Below, piece after piece: positions 1 to 12,500 of a DNA stretch of 64,000 nucleotides. The translations under genes were made by a program, and so were the position numbers. The DNA comes from Antedon mediterranea (taxonomy: Eukaryota > Animalia > Echinodermata). Positions within the stretch are counted from its first letter, which is position 1. The number at the start of each line of letters is the position of its first letter. The notes under the pieces are model-generated. The model saw only the letters and a list, made by a program, of their open reading frames with translations, was not told where the DNA came from and made no database searches. The stretch is from positions 38,760,304 through 38,824,303 of the forward strand of contig NC_092671.1 in the NCBI RefSeq assembly GCF_964355755.1, written 5' to 3'.

Positions 1-1879
1 TGGAACACTACTAGTCACTTTACTAAATAATTAAAGATGTATTGTCCACCAAAAACATGAAAAATTAAGATTATTTAAATCAGACCTTGAATAGGTTATT
101 TTGTAGTTTTAATAAAGTTAATCACTTCCGTAGAAAAAAAATGGAAAAAAATAATGTTTTCACTTATAAAATAACATGATAAATGGTTTCAACCAAAAAT
201 TCATTGGCTGGCAGCCAATTTGACAATTTTTTTAAAATTCAAGTTTTTTCAGGTAAATCATTTTTGTTTCGATCTAATTTTTGGTTGAAGTCAATAACTA
301 TTATGTGACATTAAAATGGAATATTCAACAACAAAAATGTAAAAAAAATTATTTTTCAGGGGGACAATACATATTTAATATACAATAACAAATATATATT
401 TATATATTTTGATATACTTTATTGAAAAAATATATATAATTCTTAATACTTGGCTTATTATATATTATATTAATATACAATACAAACACCACAATGTATT
501 TTATTGACTTTATTAAACATATATATCATTTAGAACAGTTAAAGTAAGTAATCATCGATTCGCCATTTCGTTTAAAAGAACGTATTACATTCAATCTGTA
601 AAAAAAATAGAATAAATTACATAATAATGTAGATTGTTATTTACGTCCGAGGAGGTAAAGAAAACCTGTCGAAACAATGACAATCAAAGATTACAAAACA
701 ATGACAATCAAAGCGCACACGGCGTTCCATACAGATCACCGTTATTGAACTATAGCAGCCGCTTTGGTTGGCGGCCGCTTCGACCATCATCCAATTTGGA
801 GTCGTCGGTAAAATGAATGACGACTTCTTGAATTTTGATTGCAAAATCTGTTTTTATCCTGCCAAAAATAAAATTTATAATGATGAATTAATTATTTTTT
901 CCGCAGAAAGTCTAAACATAGAATCACAAACATCTTGAGAGGTGTGCCTGTATTGTTTGATTACTATTCCTTTTTTCTATAAAAACATATTTTATAATTT
1001 ATTTTTAAACAGCCTGAATACTGTAACGTATGCTTTTGGTACGTTCCTCCAAGTCTGAGGGGACTTCCAGACACGAGGGAAAACCAACTAAGACTACACA
1101 AGGTATAAAGCAATGATTCCAACTTGGACGCAACGCAATGAACAAGCGCAACGGAATTGATTTGACCAATCATGACGCGAGAGATGATGATCTAACGTGC
1201 CGTGATTGGTCAAAACTTGTTGTGTTTACTTCCTTGTGTTGCGTCTAAATGAAAATCAAGCTTAAACTTGATTACGGTTACATAACGTAAGCATTTTCTT
1301 AAAGAACCGAAATTATATAAAGAAAACACGCATGGTATTGCCGCATGCTTTATTACTATTTTTATCCATTTAAAGATCGATAATGTTACGAGAATTAAAT
1401 TCAATCAAAGCTTCCTGTTAGAAGAATCATTATATTTCAAGTGGGTAGATAATTATGAATTACACAAAGTGTCCTTGGTAAATTGTTGTCGGCGTATGTC
1501 AGTGTATTAAACAACAATAATACGACGACGTCAAATGGTTAACAATATTCACTTTATATATTTACAAAAATGAGTAATTTGGTATCTTTTGAGCCAAATT
1601 ATCTCACCTGTTACCCCTTCGATCCTCCGTCTTGAGTAGAGATCAATGTAGGCTACTACGGTACGTTACTGCCTGAAGAGTGAGACGCAATATCCATGAC
1701 TGTGTTTGAATATAAAGGTATGCCGAGTCCTGCCTAGAAAGAAGTTTATAATCTCTCCTACGGAATCTAGTCAATATTATCCGCTTAGTCTTTTGTTTAC
1801 AATACAAAAAAACAATCAGTATTTCGGCATTTTAACAATCTACCTGAACGATATGATATAATTATTTTACTTTTGACAG

Positions 1880-2053
1880 GTTGCCCCTGCTATCAAAGCC
1901 AGGATGATGGAACACGGCACGACCATGGTGGGTTACCAGCCTCTCAGAGAAAAGGTCAACTTCTTCAGAATGATCACTTCAAACCCAGCTACTACCAAAT
2001 CTGACATTGATTTCCTGATCGAAGAGATTGAACGATTGGGAAAAGATTTGTAA
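1880..2053 (+). CDS. GAD: Glutamate decarboxylase, terminal coding exon (rest of gene lies upstream of the window)
   Basis: After the acceptor ttttgacag it reads [57 protein letters not shown]. This closely matches the vertebrate GAD1/GAD2 C-terminus (GTTMVGYQP...NFFRMV.SNPA....[16 protein letters not shown]). Not in the ORF track. Confidence 0.9.
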   Translation, partial: VAPAIKARMMEHGTTMVGYQPLREKVNFFRMITSNPATTKSDIDFLIEEIERLGKDL

Positions 2054-2391
2054 AATATGCAACAAATATCATAATTATGAGTTGAATTATATTAATCGAT
2101 CTTATTTGGTTTTGTTAAGGAAACTATTTTTAAAAGCTTGGTTGTTCCCACTCAATGACGTATGCCCAACGCAAGTGAGTAACTAATCACAAACAACTAT
2201 TCTGATGATCCATTGTGTCGTGATTGGTCAATTTATTTGCGGCGCGCTTACGTAATTGCCTTTATTCATACAATTGTACATAACATAACATAATAAAAAC
2301 GCTATAACGTTTTAGTGAAATACAATTGATTGTGATCAAGTTGTACTCTTGTGTCTGAAAAGAGAATCCTGTCGTCGTAAGGTCGTATGTA

Positions 2392-2967
2392 AAGCTTGGT
2401 TCCCACTAGCGACGCAAAATAACGCAACCTACGCAACGTAAGAAAATTCCCTTCCGATAATTGCGTTTAAACCGTGGTTCCTACTAGAACGCAACGCAGC
2501 GACGTATTGACGCAACGTGATGTATTGCATAATCACAAGTGGGAACCGACGACGCACAGTGCTGCAAACATCGCGGATTTGATTTCACGCAAGTGGGGGC
2601 AAACGCAATTATCGGAAGGGCATTTTCTTACCTTGCGTAGGTTGCGTTATTTTGCGTTGCTAGTGGCAACCACGCTTAAAGCTATAACTATACAACAACA
2701 TTTATTCAATATTCAATATTTTACAAAGTTTATGGGTTAAGATACACAGAAGCCAAAGTGGCTTGTCTTTGTGAGCTTGGTTCTCACTAGCGACGCAACG
2801 TAACGCAACTTACGCAACGTAAGAAAATGCCCTTCCAATAATTGCATTTTCCCCTGCCTGCGTGAAATCAAACCGATTTTTGCGTCGTCGGTCCCACTTG
2901 TGATTACGCAATACATCACTTTGCGTCAATACGTCGCTGCGTTGCGTTCTAGTGGGAACCACGCTTA
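2392..2967. mobile_element. Two MITE family B copies in inverted orientation (2392-2677 and 2773-2967)
   Basis: TIR AAGCTTGGTTCCCACTAG...; ACGCAA-rich arms; 2773-2967 is the reverse complement of about 2470-2677. Confidence 0.8.
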
Positions 2968-3373
2968 GGCAATTGCAATTAGCACTTTGAATAAAAAATA
3001 TGAAAAGAAAACAATAATTAGTAGGCAACCTTTGATCCACATATAAAAACAATATGAAAAGAAATTTTTTAAAATGTATTAGTAACTATTATAATGAAAT
3101 TGTAATAGAATTAGTTACTAATTAAACAACACTGTATAATTGTATATAATAATAATATATATATATTACTCTACACAACTTGTATAATAATCAATATTTT
3201 TGTAGGATATACACTAATAACATTAGACAGGGTCATAGGTCATGGTAAATTATAGAACGTAGGCAAACAAAATGCACTTATTTTTATCGTGAATGAATTT
3301 ACCACGTGACTACTTAGGTCTAACACTTAGTACACATACTACACTACACAAATAAATTCTTACTAATTTGTTT

Positions 3374-3531
3374 AAGCTCTGTCTACACTATCAACTAGTT
3401 TGACAAAAAAGGTGTGACGTGCCCAAATATGGTAGTGATATGCTTAAATATGGTAGTGGTATGACATCATCATGTCCATATATGGGCACATTGTTTTTGT
3501 CACATAAAGTTTAATAGTGTAGACAGAGCTT
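3374..3531. mobile_element. MITE family A copy
   Basis: TIRs AAGCTCTGTCTACACTAT / ATAGTGTAGACAGAGCTT; internal CCAAATATGGTAGTGATAT subrepeats. Confidence 0.8.
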
Positions 3532-4599
3532 TATGTTCACTGCTACTGTTACTACTACTGTCCTTTGTTTATTCGTTCACATAACATAATAATAATAATA
3601 ATACAGATATACAATTTATTTATCAAAGTACGAAGAAGACAAAAATACTTTAATTTGTTAGATCTATACTATCCTGTTACTAATATTATACAATACAAAT
3701 CAGTATACCAACATTCCATGGTTATAAATAACCCTTTATCAGATAGATACTTAGTGTACATACTTACGTATTATAGTCCTGTCGTCATGCTGTCGTCGTG
3801 AAAATAATAAGTATATAAATAATACAATAGGTTTGAGGAACCTAGAAACATTTATACAATATTTAAGAATTTAGAAAAGTATATATTCTATCTATCTAGT
3901 ATTGTTATCATTTGTGATCAAATTGACAAAATATCCATGGAAATAAATGTATATAAACGTTGAAAATCTATTTCATTATTATGAAAATATGTATTTCATT
4001 TATTGAAAGTTCGATTTGAGTGATAATATAAGACGGAGCTCGTTTAATTAAAATGAACATCGTTAGGGCTAATTATTGTTGTGCAATATTATACATCCGT
4101 TTTTAGCAATAAATGGAGAATAAACACTCAGTTTATCGACTGGTTTATTTTTTCTTTTTATTTATGAAGCCCATTGTCAAATTAAACAATTTCGTTTCTT
4201 ATATACACACAATTTTTATACATTATATTTGCTTAAAATTTGCTTGAAGCATAAATTGTTAACGAAAGGTTTGAAACGAAAAATTGAAACCTTATTTGTC
4301 TATATTGTTAAGAAACGCGTGGTATGTGCAAATGTTGAATGAAGGTGGACGAGTAGGTTGAAGCAGAAGAAAAAGAATGCCAAGCCATACACCGTCAGTG
4401 CAAACAGTGCCAATGACAGGCTAGTCGACGAATAAGTAAGTCCATTATGGCTCAAGGTGTCAAAGTAAATACGAAGTTAGTACTGTATGTGGAACACTTA
4501 GGCATATTGTTTGGTATTTGCTTACTGTCTGTAACATAGGCCTACTATTATATGTATAATTTTACGGCTCACTATTAGGCCTATAGCTCACTAACAATG

Positions 4600-5160
4600 T
4601 TTATTCTTTCTTGGAGATCCAAGAAACATTTATTATATATGGCCTTTGGCCCAAATAATATACAATGTAATACAATATTAAATAAATATCAGTTGAGTGC
4701 GTTTAGAAATTCTTTTCTACGTTTAAATGAAAAGAATAAATATTTTCCAAGTTTAACAATAAGATCAGTATTTGTGGCAGACATAAGATAAATATATTTT
4801 AATTTAGTTGGGTTGTTTGTATAAAAGGAAAACATATATTTAGTTCTAATATCTGAATAAAATGGACAAACTAAAGTGAAATGATATTCATCTTCAATTG
4901 ATTGTAAAGCACATAATTTGCATAATCTTTCATTTCTATTTATACAATTCCATCTTCCTTTTTCAATTTCTAATTCTAAAATTCCTAGTCGTATCTTAGT
5001 CATAATTTGTCTATGTTTGTAATTTGTTACTTTTGTTAGATATTCTTCAATTCCAAACTTATATTTAACGTGCTTGTAATATTGGAGCTTAGAGTGTAGC
5101 CTAGTATCTTCGTAGAATTTCTGTCGTTCAATGTCTGTAAGCCTTTGTTTAAAATTTGAA
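4600..5160 (-). mobile_element. 5'-truncated non-LTR retrotransposon 3' end (ORF2 C-terminal Cys/His region)
   Basis: ORF 4689..5003 contains LEIEKGRW...RLCKLC....EDEYHF.L.C..Y..IR, typical of LINE ORF2 C-termini. Confidence 0.75.
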
Positions 5161-6689
5161 ATAAAAGTATATATATTATTTATAAATGAAGGTACGTTTT
5201 TTGTACAGGCCTAATAGGAAAATAACGCTTAAAAAAGAATGACGTTTCGACTCCATCATGGGGTCATTATAAAATAGTGTTTATAAAACAATAATGATAT
5301 CTCAACCTTTAATAGGCTTTCGTTAGGAATGTATCACATTTGAAATTATTTTTGTTAGAAAAAAACAATCGCATCAAAAAGGGAATAGCTACCAAGCACT
5401 AACAAAAGAGTAAGCGTGTTCTAAAATCATAATAAGATAGTGTTAAGTATAATGAAGCTATAAGAATCAATCCGCTACCGTACTAAATATGAAACGAGAA
5501 TCTTCAATTAAAATTTCGACAATTAAAAATAATTTAATTTTCACTTTTTGTTGACAATTTAAAACTCATAAGTTATCGTAACATAGTTGACGACTGGACA
5601 ATTATACAAAGTGGTAGAGTCTAGAAATTTAGACCAAACAAATACCACAATTAAAAAGAGTCTGCAAACACCGTCTTGATATTAAGTAAGTAAATTATAA
5701 TAAGGATAGCCTTGTTTGGTTTCTATCATTCAATCATTTTCTATCAAAGAAACTAAAACACCGTTTTTGATAATATCCTGCAGTAGGGAAAAGCTTCTTT
5801 AATATAGAATAGCTATTTTAGGCAGAATTGTAATATAGCACAGGTGCAATGTAAGCCTGTAGATTTCATGGCTGTTACGCATCTGTAAGTAGGCCTAGCG
5901 TAATCCAACATTCAGGTCACAAAAAGAACTCTTTAAAGTAGAGTGTATGTATTCACATAATTGATCTATGGTTATTTAAGACTCAAGTGTGATGTAAACT
6001 AAACCAATAATAATAGCAGTCTATTCATAGTTAAACAACAGTTGTGTTTAACGTAACATTCCAATTATGACGTCATTATCAGCTTCTTGGAGATTGATCT
6101 CGACAAAAAAACGATTTGATTGGGAAACAAGATTCTAACGTCAAATTTTCAAAATCTCTATTTGTACTTGGAATCAATAATTCCTGATTTTTACTTTGTC
6201 GGTTAGTACAGCTTCCGATTCAGATGTATTATTTAGCAAGTTTATTTCCGTGTAACACAGCTTCCACAGGTGGTACTTGTACGTCTAGGACACCGAACTA
6301 TTCGTCAATCGATCACCTGTAATACGCTATGTAAAGTACCGGCGTGAAGATTAGCTCAAAATAAACATGTAATCGTCATCAAATGAAATGTATTAAATGG
6401 TTTCCAAACAGGAGGCGAATTATTGTAAATTGTATTATGAATATGTCACCTTTACGACGTGTAATAGTGTAATACGACGTCATTGGTGCAACTATTTTTA
6501 GAACGATGTCTGTAAAGTATTTCACATATAAAATGATTTCCAATCCCTCGCAAACCACTCACAAACGTACACCGTCTACGACCACTCCACGTCCACCACG
6601 GTCACGTCTACGGCCACACCCACCATGGCCTTACCCATCGCGGCCCAAAACTACCGCTTTCTACAGTATCAACACATCTATATATCACC

Positions 6690-7495
6690 ACATCTATGTA
6701 TTATCATCATCATTCATCATAATCAATGTATCATCATCATCATTAATCATCATCTATGTTTAATCATCATCATCATGCATTATCATCATTTATCATCATC
6801 ATCATTTATTATCATCATTTATCATTATCATTTCACATCATCATCAACATCATTATCATTTCTCATCATCATCAACATCATCATCAGTTCATCGTCATCA
6901 TCGTCATCAACATCACCATCAGTTCATCATCATCATCATCATCGTTATCATCATCCATCATAATCACGATCATCATCATTATCATCATCATTATCATCAT
7001 CATCATTATCATCATCATTATCATCATCATTTATCATCATCATTTATCATCATCATCATTCATCATCATCATCATTCATCATCATCATCATTCATCATCA
7101 TCATCATCTATCATCACTCATCATCATCTATCATCATCATTTATCATCCTCATCATTATTTATCATCATCAACATCATTATCATCATTCATCATCAACAT
7201 CATTATTATCATTCATCATCAACATCATCATTCATCATCATCAACATCATTATCATCATATATCATCATCCATCATCATACATCATCATCATCATCATCA
7301 TCATTTATCATCATCATCATCATCATTCATCATCATTCGTTATCATCAACATCATTATCATCTATCATCATCATCATCGTCATCATCATTCATCATCATC
7401 ATTTTCATCTATCACCATTATCATCATCATTCATCATCATCATTCATCCTCATCCTTATCATCATCATCATCAGTTCATCATTATAATCATCATC
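6690..7495. repeat. Degenerate (ATC)n microsatellite, ~800 bp
   Basis: Continuous ATC/ATT/TCA triplets. Confidence 0.95.
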
Positions 7496-8595
7496 GACAT
7501 AACGCTTTCCGCTATTTGTTTTATTGTTATGTCACGGGCAGCATGGTTTTATATGTGTGACGGTTGTTTACATTTCCTTAACCCGATAACTTTCTAGGCC
7601 ATTTCGATATTTTACCCTACATGCATTGCAATAATGTTTCTTTGCAAATACAGTATAATTTGTATCGGAATTGTGGACGACCGAATAGGAATATACAATC
7701 ATATCAAAAGAACATGGTAAGTTGGATAAGGTGTAGCAAATTGCTTATTTATAGAGTACTATTGATTAGTAATTATAAGCACTAAACGTTGTCGCTAACT
7801 ATTCGTATTAATGACGTCATTGTACAAAGATGTATTATATAGATACAACAATTAGTTACATTGGTGAATATTGAATTTAAACATGTAAGTCTGGCTGTCG
7901 GTCGAACCATTCGTTTGAAATTCAATACAGGTACTCATTCAACTTAAGGCAATAGCTGTCAGTTTACTAGCTATCAATGACGGATGGAGGATTCCGACAG
8001 TTTTAAAGTAAACTTATATTTTATAACTAACGTGGACCGTCAAGCTTATTATGATTATCTGTTCCTACTTATTAATTTCAAGGTTAAATATTGATTGTTT
8101 TTGTGTGTTTGTTTTCAATAAAATTGTTCTGGTAGTAGGGGCCTAATGATTTAGGTACACAACGGTATGTTTTTCAAAATCTTAGATATCTTGTCCATTC
8201 ATGTCATGTGACCCGCCTGTAGAGCTGTGCCAGTTATGTCACCTGATAAGTGTGCTAGTCCAGTTAGCATAAAACAAATTTGTCGAGTAATAAAGTACTA
8301 TCAAGTAACCAAGTTTTATTTTTATTTCTGATATATAGGCCTATCTAGCTTTTTTTTTTACTACGGAAGTGAATAACTTGATTAAAACTACAAAATGGCC
8401 TATTGAACTTTTGTTTTGGGGAGCAATATCCTATTTTTAAGTTGAAAATGTGTCGACACTTTTGACAAATTTGATATATAAGAAGACACGGCTGTAATAC
8501 AACAACCTTTAGTTCATTTCTTTTGGAATCATGTTTTACTTTGTGTTGATCGACAGGAACATCATTAGGCCTAATTGTATTTTTATTTTTATGCA

Positions 8596-8860
8596 AAACT
8601 AATATACGTTATGAAACACAAGTATACGTTATGAAACACAAGTATACGTTATGAAACACAAGTATACGTTATGAAACACAAGTATACGTTATGCAAAACA
8701 AGTATACGTTATGAAACACAAGTATACGTTATGCAAAACAAGTATACGTTATGAAACACAAGTATACGTTATGAAACACAAGTATAAGTTATGCAAAACT
8801 AATATACGTTATGAAATCAAATATACGTTATGCAACACAAATATACGTTATGCAATACAT
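8596..8860. repeat. 20-bp minisatellite, ~13 copies
   Basis: Unit AGTATACGTTATGAAACACA. Confidence 0.92.
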
Positions 8861-9184
8861 TTGTCCTATGAGTGAACTAACAATATCCGGGCAGTTTTGA
8901 TATCAGGATACTTTAAGATACAATTCAGACTAATTACACTTAAAAGATAATGTACAATCCGCTATCTGTACGGCCAAGGTTAGTATAAAAAATATCAAAG
9001 TTTGTTCATACTTAAAGCACCTAGTCCTATCTTTAACATAAAAAAACATTAGTACTTGTAAATATCACAAGATCGATGATAGATATTTAGGCCTACCTGG
9101 CCAAAGTACAACCTCAATTTTAAGGCATTTAAAGGCATACAGAAAGGCATTTATAAGGCATATGCATTTTTGAAAAGCTCCCGT

Positions 9185-9287
9185 TTTTAGTCGATTGGAG
9201 CGCGACTCTACAGCTCACTATGTCGGTCGGTTGGTCGGTAAACACTAACTTGAGCACGCGACTGCAGCCATGCATATGGCCTTGTTA
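9185..9287 (+). mobile_element. Short helentron/DINE-1-like (HINE) element upstream of the HDC start
   Basis: TTTTTAGTCG...CGACT 5' inverted repeat, (GGTC)n microsatellite, CACGCGACT sub-terminal repeat, 3' hairpin GCCATGCATATGGC then TTGTT. Confidence 0.55.
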
Positions 9288-9556
9288 AATAAATCGGGCT
9301 ATTATGTAGTTTCTGTATGTAGACTTATTTGTAATTTTTAATTTGGAATTAAATATACTTAATTTACTATGAATATTCATGAATATTTAAATTTTAAAAG
9401 CGCCATCTACGACAATAGTTATATATTATTTATCAATATAAAAACTGGAACGTGTATTCCTTTTTGTGCTGAAACACTTGAGGGTTGTGTGTGATTATTG
9501 TCGTCTGCTTCGGAGTCAGAAGATAGAAGGGAGAAAAAGAAACACAAAAAAACCGG

Positions 9557-12500
9557 ATGGACGCTGAGGAATATAGAGAACGAGGTATACTTCTAATTAT
9601 AGACCAACGTAATAAAAACAGAGTAGTATATAAGATAGGTCAAAAGTACATCTAAAGCCTGATATTTTATGTTATATTAGATCATGGCAAGGTTGTTTTT
9701 CAAGTGTTCGTTTAGTTAGCACCAACTTGTTTGCTTTTCTGTGAATAGAGATAGGCCTACACAGGTCATAATGTTTGTCTAGGACCCACCTGTAAATCCT
9801 GTATACATTGTCCACACGTACGTAGACAGCCAGAGAGCTTGTTTTTATATTTTATTTAATCACTGTTTTAAATATTATTAACTTAATAACTCAGTAAGGA
9901 TCTTTGTTATTATATATTTAATGTACTTCCACAATCCGACTTGCATCAGCGTTGGTGCAAATTGATGTTTTAACACTTTGACTGCCAGAGGTTTTTCCAG
10001 TTAGAAACTGCCACCGCCAGCGTTTTGTAGCCCAATTCGATGTTTTTATTAAGCTGATTGAAACTATGTGTGTGATCTGATTCATATGTAACTTAGACTA
10101 AAATAAATAAATAATTAAACATTTTAGCTTTACAATGGTACCAAGAACGATTTTCGCAATATGTAGATCGTAATAGTAAAATAATAGTAACCCACTTTTT
10201 GAGTTTTTCGTAGTTTCGCGCAAGATAATATGTTAGGTTGGTTTTGTGGAAGATGCTATTGCTAATTTTCTGGTGCAAATTTTGTTTTCTCTTTTTGTTT
10301 TGTGTATGGATGTACTATCTACTATATAACTTTACGTGATTTAAAGCTTACCATATTGAAAACAAACAATGTGTCCTGGTTGATTGATGTTTTTCTTGTC
10401 AAACCTTCCTCATGTTGAATATTTTTACTATGATATAACATTAAAAGTTGGCAAAAAAAAAAGGAATATCGTCTTGAAAGTTAGGTATGGAATAAGTACG
10501 GATTGTTTATGTGTAAGTTTAAACCCAAAAATATAAGATACTTACAGAAAATTATACAATTAATAATATATTTTGACATTTAGTTGATGTTGTTCTTGCC
10601 TCTGTACAAAGTAAACAACACCATTTATGACAGATCTTTACCTAACTAATGTATTAATTAATAACAGTATTTAACTTAAACTATGATCATAATAATATGT
10701 ATCATATAATATAAATTAAAACTGCCTTTATATTCAATTGTGTTTACAGCTAAATGAATAACCTTTAAATACCAATGTACAGCTGCTTATAGGAACTTGA
10801 CTTTTTTCCACAAAGGACAAAACAATAGTAATTGTTTATTACATTTAATAAAAATACTATAATATAAAATTAATATCGAATAATGCATAAGAATTGGAGC
10901 GATGTATTACAGTATGTCAATTCATCATAGCAAAATGTCAAGGCCCAAGGTTCAATATTTTATCAATTTTTTTCCAATGAAAAATGTTTTTTTATGAACA
11001 AGGCGTCTAAAAATAGATTTTCCTGTAATATTAATATGTATGTTAGTGAATCGACCAACACTGATTTGCTATAATCGAGTTTTGCCAGCCGATATGATTG
11101 CGTTGAACTTGAGACTTGGGTATAGCCAAGAGACAAGAAAAGTTCCAAATGTACACTACACGTGTAGTATTAATACGTGGTACGTTTGTGAACATTACAT
11201 TAATATGTAATTACCATGTATAGAAACTGCTAGCAATCCTGTGTACCAGTTGATGATTTCATCTATCTGATAATGATCATTGGGCTGTTTTTAATCTTCA
11301 CTTTGGTGTAGTTTATCGAACTTTAATTATACGCTAAATATACCATTAGGCTTTTGGAAAATCGTGGATCACTTTTAATGAACCTGCGTGTCAGAGTTCA
11401 TTCTTTTCATTTTACATACATTATAGCGTATGCTTTAAAACCCTTTATAATATCTTCCTAAGATAAAAATATAGAACAGTATCGTATAGTGGGAACTAAT
11501 GTTATTAAATCTACGTTTCGCGGTACATCTGAGATAGATGAGGTAGGTATCCAAAGCGGAGATTTGTCCAAAAGCTTTTTTATTCTATGTCAGAATTAAA
11601 CATAATTTATATGTAGATGCTTTACCATCCTGGGTGTATTTTTTTCTCTTCAATTGTATGCTCAGAAAAACAGCGATTTTGATTTGATGCAGTATAGGTA
11701 TACTTGGACTGGGCTACTGGTAATAATCCTTTTTAGGCCTACCGTGCCAATTTTAAATTTGTAGCAGTACTCGAACTGTGGTGCAGGCTCACACTCCGAT
11801 TGGTCTTTATACCCAATCATCGGCTGTTTTTGTTTTCGTGATGTCACTAACGAGATAATCGTAACTATTGGTTGATATTGACCACAAGGAAATATTCAAT
11901 TTCACGTTAAGTTTGTTGAGGGTTAAAAAATTCAAAGCAAGTTGTTTGATGACAAGCAATAAGCAAGCAATATTAACAGAGAATTGGATGTTTTATGAAG
12001 GATTACAATTAAACCCCAGACAAATACGCTAACCACTGCCACCGTTTTCGAATTTTCCTTTCAATATTGTTAGTCAATAGCCCTTTCTTTCCTTTCCCAT
12101 CACAACGACAATTATACTATACGACTACGAATTGTACAAGCAATTTGTATGTGTATGTATTTTTAATGGTAAACTATGAATAAAATATATCGAATAATCA
12201 AATTTATTTACATTGAATTAGCTAACGCAAAATATATTTCTATTATAATGTAAATTTAGTTATTTGTCATAATCTATTGAACTAAACACTACATTTATAT
12301 TGTTTAAGTTTATGAGCGTTTGTAATATTTAAGTTTAAACTGAGGATGGTATTGATCGTCCATTACCAAATGGCCGTATGTTAGTACCAGTGTTATCATT
12401 ACAAGATTGTTGTTAGACAGTTTGTTAACACTTAAAATTAATCAATATACATATTTATGCCCCGACATTTGTCAACTATTACTACCTTTGTGGCGGCCAT

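Noticed and set aside
6625-7487. Poly-His/Ile/Ser ORFs (112 and 243 aa)
   Set aside because: By-product of the (ATC)n microsatellite, which lacks stops on this strand; no splice or homology support.
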